Source of the DNA: Octopus vulgaris
Lineage: Eukaryota
NCBI GenBank assembly: GCA_951406725.2
Contig: OX597816.1
Location: 34,782,001-34,846,000 of the forward strand
Direction of reading: 5' to 3'
Length of the DNA: 64,000 nucleotides
The position numbers and the translations under genes are program-made. Shown here piece after piece: positions 56,584-64,000 of the stretch (position 1 is its first letter; every line of letters starts with the position of its first letter). A model generated the notes under the pieces. That model saw only the letters and a list, made by a program, of their open reading frames with translations, did not search any database and was not told the origin of the DNA.

Positions 56584-57050
56584 TGGGGCGCACCGGAATG
56601 CCGAGTCCGAAGCCAACGCTACAGCCCCGTACAGGTCCGCCGCTTCGCGTGAAGACATGTTCCGGCGCCCGACGGCGCGACGCCGAGCGAACGGCGACAC
56701 ACACGGCCCGACCGACCCGGTCCTCGGAGCCAATCCTTCTTCCGAAGGTACGGATCTATTTTGCCGACTTCCCTTACCTACATGGGCGCTATCGACGAGA
56801 GGCTGTACACTTTGGAGACCTGCTTCGGATGGTGGGTACGGACCGACTCGAGAGCTGCGATTCGTTACGGACCCGACTTTTCCAGGGCCGCCGAAAGCGC
56901 ACCGGACGCCGCCCGAGACGCGGCGCTCTACAGGTACCTTATCCGTATCTCCGGACGAGCCGATTCCACGGACGCGATCCTTTACGAAGAAGAGAGAACT
57001 CTTCCCGGGGCTCCCGGCAACGTCTCCGGGCTCGCTTGCGTTGCCGCTTC
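56584..57050 (-). rRNA. Dispersed 28S (LSU) rRNA fragment, from just after D7b into D8 (pseudogene)
   Basis: Conserved cores on minus: GGGAGCCCCGGGAAGAGTTCTC, GCAGGTCTCCAAAGTG.ACAGCCTCT, ATGTAGGTAAGGGAAGTCGGCAA, AAGGATTGGCTC; GC-rich island. Confidence 0.92.
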
Positions 57051-57057
57051 TTCGCCC

Positions 57058-58198
57058 TTAAATTTGTGTTCATTTTACTGAATAATAGTATTAAAATTTC
57101 TTTGATTAAAACCCAAGTATCCAAAGAGCATTTGAGGCACATAATGCTTTATGAGTACCAAAATGAAGCTCGGCAACCGAAGCGACTCGAAACATGCACT
57201 CAGTTTATGGGAAAGAATGCTTGAATGAAAGAATTTGCAGATGGTTTGCAAAATTAAGAAGTAGAGATTTCAGCCTTTAAGATGAAGATCGAACAGAACG
57301 TTCAGTTGAGTTTGATGATAAACTCCCTGAGGTATTACTTGAAGAAAACCCAGCATTATCAGTTGAAGAATTGGCAATAAAGGTTAGTTCAAACCATACG
57401 ACTGTTCACCGTCATCTTCAACAACTTGTGAAATTGGTGTCTCATGAATTTTCCGAAAGCAAACGCAAATCCCGAGTGGACATCTGCTCTTCTCTTCATT
57501 CTCGCGAACTCATTTCACCCTTTCTGGATAGACGTTTGACTGGTGACGAAAAATGTATGTTCTATCGAAATGTTAAACCTCGTAAACAGTGGCTCGGTAA
57601 AAGGTAAAAACGCTCAATCTCGACCGAGAAGGGAACTTCATGGGAAAAAGATTCTTCTCTTTATGTAGTGGGATTGCAAAAGAGTAATTCACTTTGAATT
57701 CTTACCACCTAATGAAACAATCAATGCTAAAAGTCTACTGTCAGCAATTAGAGCGTTTGGATCAAGCTTTGAAGCAAAAAAAGACCCTCATTAGTAATTT
57801 CGAAAAGGAGTGATGTTTCATCAGGGAAATGCGCGACCCCACACTGCAAAGATCACATCACAGAAGATCGAAGAGCTTGGTTGGGAAAAAATTCCCTATC
57901 CACCTTATTCTCCCGACCTTGTTCCTTCAGACTGCCTTTTGTTTCGTAGTTTACAGAATCATTTCAGTGACATAACTTTCGCAAGCCAGGCGGAGGTCGA
58001 AACTAACATTTCAGAGTTCTTCGCTTTGAATCCAAAAGAGTTTGACATTGATGGGATTAAAAGGCTTTTAAAAAGATGGAAGGAAATCATAAATAATCAG
58101 GAAAGGTATATTGATGATTAAATTTCAATTAGATATAACATTTGATCACTTGTTTTCTTTATTCAAAATTCGGACAGAACTTATGGGATGGTCTGATA
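57058..58198 (+). mobile_element. Mariner transposon, frameshifted, 5' TIR not found
   Basis: HLRHIMLYEY, TGDEK, FHQGNARPH, PPYSPDLVPSDCLLFRSLQN; 3' TIR cggacagaacttatgggatggtctga-TA. Confidence 0.92.
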
Positions 58199-60000
58199 AC
58201 CTACGCTACTCATAGGATAATTTTGCATTGCCATGGTAGCAAATACATACCCACCATTACAGTGATGCTGCTCACTCTCACCATCTTGGCAATTTTCTTA
58301 ACACTCAATTACATTTTAGAATCTTTGGATTTAAAGAATGGCAACAAATTTTCAATATGCCTATTGAAAATGCCATAAACATTTCTCACTCCAATGCCAT
58401 AGATATCCTGAAGCCTCAACATAGACACCATGATCAAGTTATTAGTAGAAATGCTACCTCGTTCTATTTAGACTTTTACTTGTATTTATGATTTATATAT
58501 ACACTAATAAACACATGCATTACGATACTTATGTGACGAAAAATGCAGTAAAATGAAGGTTGAATTGCGTAAAAGGAGATTTAACATGCAAATACTGTGG
58601 TTTAAAAATTTAATCAGAACATGCCGACTGCAATAACGTCTGGTTAGAATTACGAGTTGCGTAATTAAAAAACAGCATATGACTAAATTTATTCCATCAT
58701 TGTATAATATTTCATTCCACTAATATGCTCAAAACATATTCCAAATACGTCACTGCCCAAAATACTAATGGTAGTTTGTCTTATACTATTTTATTCTACC
58801 AAAAAATCAACAGAAAGCGAGCTCAAATCTGTCAATATAGTGTAACACTTTCATACATGATCGTTGCATACAATACTAGTAGTAATTAGATATGCAACGT
58901 CTATTTTTAACATGTGAACATTTTTGGCACGAAGAAAACATAAGTCGTGTAGAAAACGTGAGGTTCATAATATAAGTAGCAACATTTATAGTTATATCAG
59001 TGATTCTGAAACTAGACAGTAGAAATCTATTCGGGTTCTTGAGTGTTCAATTAGGGCAGCAAATGTTAAGGCGAGTCTATGAAGTTGCTGGTATTTAGAG
59101 GTTGTTGCGATTTTTCTTAGAAAAAGCATATAAACCACGTTCAGAACTTATATATTACGTATACGATGGATGGTTCTCCTTACTTACATATTAGGTTCGA
59201 CAAACTATATGTATATACAGTAGCATATTACACATCATACGGATAAGCTTCAATGCTTAAACTATGGAGTACTTCACCTGAAACAGATAGGTATTGTGGT
59301 ATACATATGATCAAGTAGTCCACCTCCTGTATTCACGTAGTGTGGTTTACTGTCGAGTATTTCATCATATGAAAGTGCGTACTGTGGTATACGCTATCGT
59401 CTAAGATCTCGTATATGTACGTAATATACTTCATATATGCAACACTCCACCTCCAGTAGATAATAGTACGTTATAGATGATAGTCCACAGCCTATTATAT
59501 GTATGCTCTGTGCTTTACACTGTGTAGTACTCATCGTCCAGTGATTATTACTATAGTACATATAATATACCGTACGATATTATACCACTTATAACTGTAG
59601 TAGATATTCCACTTCTTACAGTTGTGTTTTATGTCTAATATTATTGTATTTTTTACCTCCATTCATTGAGTACCTCTCTACCTTCCATCTCATAAAAATA
59701 TGTACTATAGCACATTGTAAATCCTCTAGAGATTGTGATATATGTTAGCACGCTACCCAGTATGTGGTTGCTTCACCTAAAGTAGCAGCTATATCGCTAT
59801 TACTTACATTTCCATCTTCGAAATATATTGTATGTAGTAATGTCATTCTATTCTGTTTGTGGTGGGCAGTTGTTAAATATTTTCACCACAGGTCTGCAGA
59901 ATTACAGATTAATCTAGGGCTAAGCAGCACTTTGTTTTAAATCATCAATGACTTATGGCTTATATTTATCTAAGAGCAATTCATTCTCTGTGCAGAAATC

Positions 60001-60450
60001 TAATCATTTCTGCTATAGGTAAGAGGTCTGGAATTCAGGGGTGGGGATAGTCGATTAGATGGACGCTAGTGAGCACTGGCACTTATTTTTATCGACCTCG
60101 AGAGACTGAAAAGCAAAGTCGACCTCGACGGAATATGATCTCTGAGCGTGAAGACGGGCGAAATGCCGCCAAACATTTCACTCGGCGTGCCAACGACTCT
60201 GTCAGCTCGTCGCCTTATTGCTGATATCTAATAATCATTTCTGCTATAAGTGCAAGGCTTGAAATTTGGAGAAGGTGGACTGGTCGATTACATCGAGTCC
60301 AGTGAGCATCTGGTACATATTTTTACCGACCCTGAAAGTATGAAGGGCAAAGTCGACCTCGGCAGTATTTGAACTCAGAACGTGAGGACTCTTCGAAATA
60401 GCGCTACGTATTTTGCCCGGCGTGCTAACGATTCTGCCAGCTCACCACCT
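60001..60450 (-). mobile_element. Tandem pair of SINE family B
   Basis: ~232-bp units both beginning taatcatttctgctata on +. Confidence 0.85.
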
Positions 60451-62155
60451 TGTTTCTGATTTCAAATAATACAAAACTGTTCGATGTTTTTACCACCAGA
60501 AATGGCGTGTCTCTACATTACCCGTTTAAAAATTTTAATTAATGCAAAACCTGCAATGATTGATATTTCCCCAAGGTTTTCCTTTTATCAATTTTTGAAA
60601 AGTTACGTTTGCCTATGTTTAGTTTAATTAAACATTGTTCGGCGCAGTTTACCTCACCATAATACACGTAAAGAGTCGTGTTTATCATGCTGAACAAATT
60701 AATTATACGAGAAGTACAAGGTAATAGAAACTCTAGGATATATACTTCACTATTTTGCATGATTTTTTTGTTCACATATTGGGAGATAAATCATGAAAAT
60801 TTATAAGTTCGTATGTTGCATAATATTAATATTTGGAAATGCTATATTATGTTTCTTTTTTTTTAATCAAATACATTATTACCTTAAATAATATGAAACG
60901 CAACAGATATAAACATGTAATAGGTTGTAAAAAACACGTTAAAATTTTTTTTTCGTGAATCTATCAATGAAATATTATTCATCTGCTACGAAACGATGAA
61001 GCCAAACATATTTCCTGTTAACGAAGACATCGTGATACGTACGTACCCCACTACTCACACACAAACATACATACATACATACATATAGAGAGATGAATAA
61101 GAGAAAATGGATTGAATGATATTCTTTATTTTATTTCCCTACAATTGTTTCTACATATTGTTACAACCGTAGTATATAGATAAGATGATATAATTAACAT
61201 TTTGCGTTACAGGTGTAAAATTTTTCTATAGGTGATTATTTCCAATACACCTTTCGTTGGACCACACTGTCATTTGAAAAATATAAATATATATATGAAT
61301 AATGCAATATGCTATTTCCAGTTTTGTGAAAACAAAACTAAACTCATAGGCACTGTGAGTGACAGCCAAAACACCAGTATAATCGAAATACAAAACACAA
61401 AAACAAAGAAACAGGCATAAAAAAATCTCCCATGTGAAGATAAATATTAATTATAATTCCAGCTTTATGATTAGATAATTAGGAAGAAAGCGAAAGACAA
61501 AATTAAAAATGGTATTAAACGTACACAGATAATAAAAGTATAAACTGATTAATACTGATCATTTCCATTACAAGAAGACGGGGATACTTTGGAGGCATTT
61601 TCTGCTTACCTACTAATTTATTCTTTTAAACGTTTCTAAAAAGGATACAAGTACTAGAGATTTATTAATTAACTTTGCATAGGGACAGTTTTCATTGCAA
61701 CATGCAGAAAATACTTTAGATCCCTTTTAAGTAAACAGGAAATGGTCAGTCTAATCATTTTATTAACATTATTATTTCTACACGCTTAATTTCATTCTTC
61801 ATTTTCCTTTTTCGTTTTCTTCTTAATTAACTGACCATGGTGATAATATTGCAATTTAGAGTTAATGGGTGTTAACGTCTGTGCTTGTTTCTTTATTTTT
61901 GCATTTTGTATTTTGATTAAACTTGTGCGTTGTCAGTCACTATATCTTTGGACATAGTTTTGTCTGCAACTTACTGGGGAAATGGCATACTCCTTTGGGT
62001 GTCCATTCTTCTCAGAAGTGAAATGACATTATGATCAAACTAAGGATTTATTCAAAATAATACTCTGAAGATACAAGATGACATCCATGAGCCAATAACT
62101 ACGGCCAAGCTTTGCATAGAATACTGCAAACATTTTACCAAATTTCATTCAACCG

Positions 62156-62240
<85 letters not shown>

Positions 62241-62261
62241 GTCTGTCTGCCTGTCTGTCTA

Positions 62262-62293
<32 letters not shown>

Positions 62294-62296
62294 TCC

Positions 62297-62367
<71 letters not shown>
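62156..62367. repeat. (ATCT)n microsatellite
   Basis: Direct reading. Confidence 0.95.
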
Positions 62368-63499
62368 CGGTTCCTGCAATGCAGATAGATTCCTTCAAGT
62401 GAACACATAGAGAGATGTGCAACTAGCATCAAACTAAATTTCACAGTTTTTTTCTTCTACTAGTGCAAAGATACAATTTCTTTACAAGAACGTTTAAATA
62501 AAGAAAATTTATTCATCGAAAAATACAGAACACGTATAAATATGTACGCATAACCAGGTGTGATCTCCATACATATTTTAATTCACGATTACATAACCAT
62601 TACTGTACATACTCCACTACTCTAGTGTTTGAATTTTAAGTCATTTAAAAACACACAAAACCGTTAAATTAACTTCAACATTTAAATTTAATTACATGCA
62701 ATTGTTACATGTTTTTCTGTCATATAATATATACATACCTAAGTTTGACTGACAGAACACAGCACTTGTAATTCCATTGGACTATTACTTACTCCTCCAT
62801 TGCCCTCTATCCCTGTATATAGAGTCGGAATTTCAGTACTATTACTGACAAGATACAGCATTTGTAATTTCACTTCACTATTACCAATTTTTGGGCAACT
62901 AGAAAACGATTCACATACTAAACAGGTATTTGTTTTAATATTTAAAAGAAAATTAATGTGTGGTTCTGGAGCGTCTCCCATGTTCATCAAGGAAGAATGA
63001 ATTAACATATGGCCGAAGGAAAATAAAAGGGTGTCGGTGCTAGGATTGAAGTTACAACAACAAATGTGATTCATTACCTGATACCAACAACAGAAAAAGT
63101 AATATTTTGTCATGTGTGCATCCTTGTGGATATGAAACAGACTATTGTTTAAAATATATGATTAAATTCTTCTCCTCACGTATACTAAGATCTCAAAGCT
63201 ATCAAATAATTCACATTAGACTGTCGTTTAAATATTCTTATGATGCTTTTGTTAAAAACAATGATTTCTTTCCTATTTGAATAAAACAGAGAGTCTCATA
63301 AGAAACGTTTACTTTATCAGATAATCGTTTACAAAATGTTACAAGGCAAGGAACCAGGTGTACAACAAAGTTTTCAATGAGTTTTCAATGACATTATTTC
63401 GTCTTCATTTTATTGCCCGAAACATATGAACAGCATAATATTTCATTACCTCAAGTTCTATAAAAAAATGCATTCATATCTACGAATATGTATGATTGT

Positions 63500-63667
63500 A
63501 TATTTGTATGTATATATGTATGTATGCATGTATGTATGTATGTATGTATGTATGTATGTATGTATGTATGTATGTATGTATGTATGTATGTATGTATGTA
63601 CGTATATATGCATGTATGTATGTATGTATGTATGTATGTATATCTACCTATCTGTCTATCTCTCTGA

Positions 63668-63710
<43 letters not shown>
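63500..63710. repeat. (TATG)n/(CT)n/(TA)n microsatellite
   Basis: Direct reading. Confidence 0.95.
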
Positions 63711-63740
63711 ATTGCATCTCTTTTGTTCTTTATATATAAC

Positions 63741-63927
63741 CTGTGTCAGTCATTAGATTGGTGCGAAGCTGTACATCACAGTGAAGTACCTTTAGTCGAA
63801 CGTTACGACTCCAGTAATTGCTATCTTAAAGCGTTGTACTTGTCCTATCGGTCTCTTTTGCTGGAACGCTAATTCACGGGACGTGAGCACACCAGCACCG
63901 GTTCTGAAGCCGTGGTGGAAGCGTGCG

Positions 63928-63930
<3 letters not shown>
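63741..63930 (-). mobile_element. Old 3' half of a SINE related to family A
   Basis: ctttagtcga...tatcggtctcttttgc.gaacgctaa..acgggacgtga.cacaccagcaccggtt. Confidence 0.65.
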
Positions 63931-63965
<35 letters not shown>

Positions 63966-64000
63966 CTACCTACCTTACTATCTATTTATCTATCTATCTA

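Noticed and set aside
56410-57224. 213-aa and overlapping GC-rich ORFs
   Set aside because: Antisense reading of the 28S rRNA fragment running into mariner sequence
59150-59840. Region with recurring ccacct/tagtac words
   Set aside because: Too degenerate to define a period by eye; not a CRISPR-like repeat-spacer array

Overview
AT-rich, microsatellite-saturated animal genomic DNA, most consistent with an octopus/coleoid cephalopod (inferred from the SINE families and repeat landscape). No host protein-coding gene can be called with confidence; only a few candidate minus-strand exons were seen. The window is mostly transposable elements: a near-intact CR1-group LINE, Penelope-like (PLE) remnants, RTE, CR1/L2 and R4/Dong fragments, a Gypsy pol remnant, several mariner relics, a hAT-type element with an 8-bp TSD, two non-autonomous Helitrons, and many tRNA-derived SINEs of at least three families. 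It also holds a dispersed 28S rRNA fragment, a tRNA-Glu fragment and an old local duplication. The most notable signal is RNA-level: at least three distinct minimal type-I hammerhead ribozyme (HHR) motif families. One is a ~0.5-kb composite element present three times, in which a tRNA-like Pol III head plus an (AAT)n tract lies between two inverted HHR-bearing arms; one copy also has a PLE-like terminal tail and a 12-bp target-site duplication. Boundaries were read by eye and are approximate unless a TSD or terminus is quoted.
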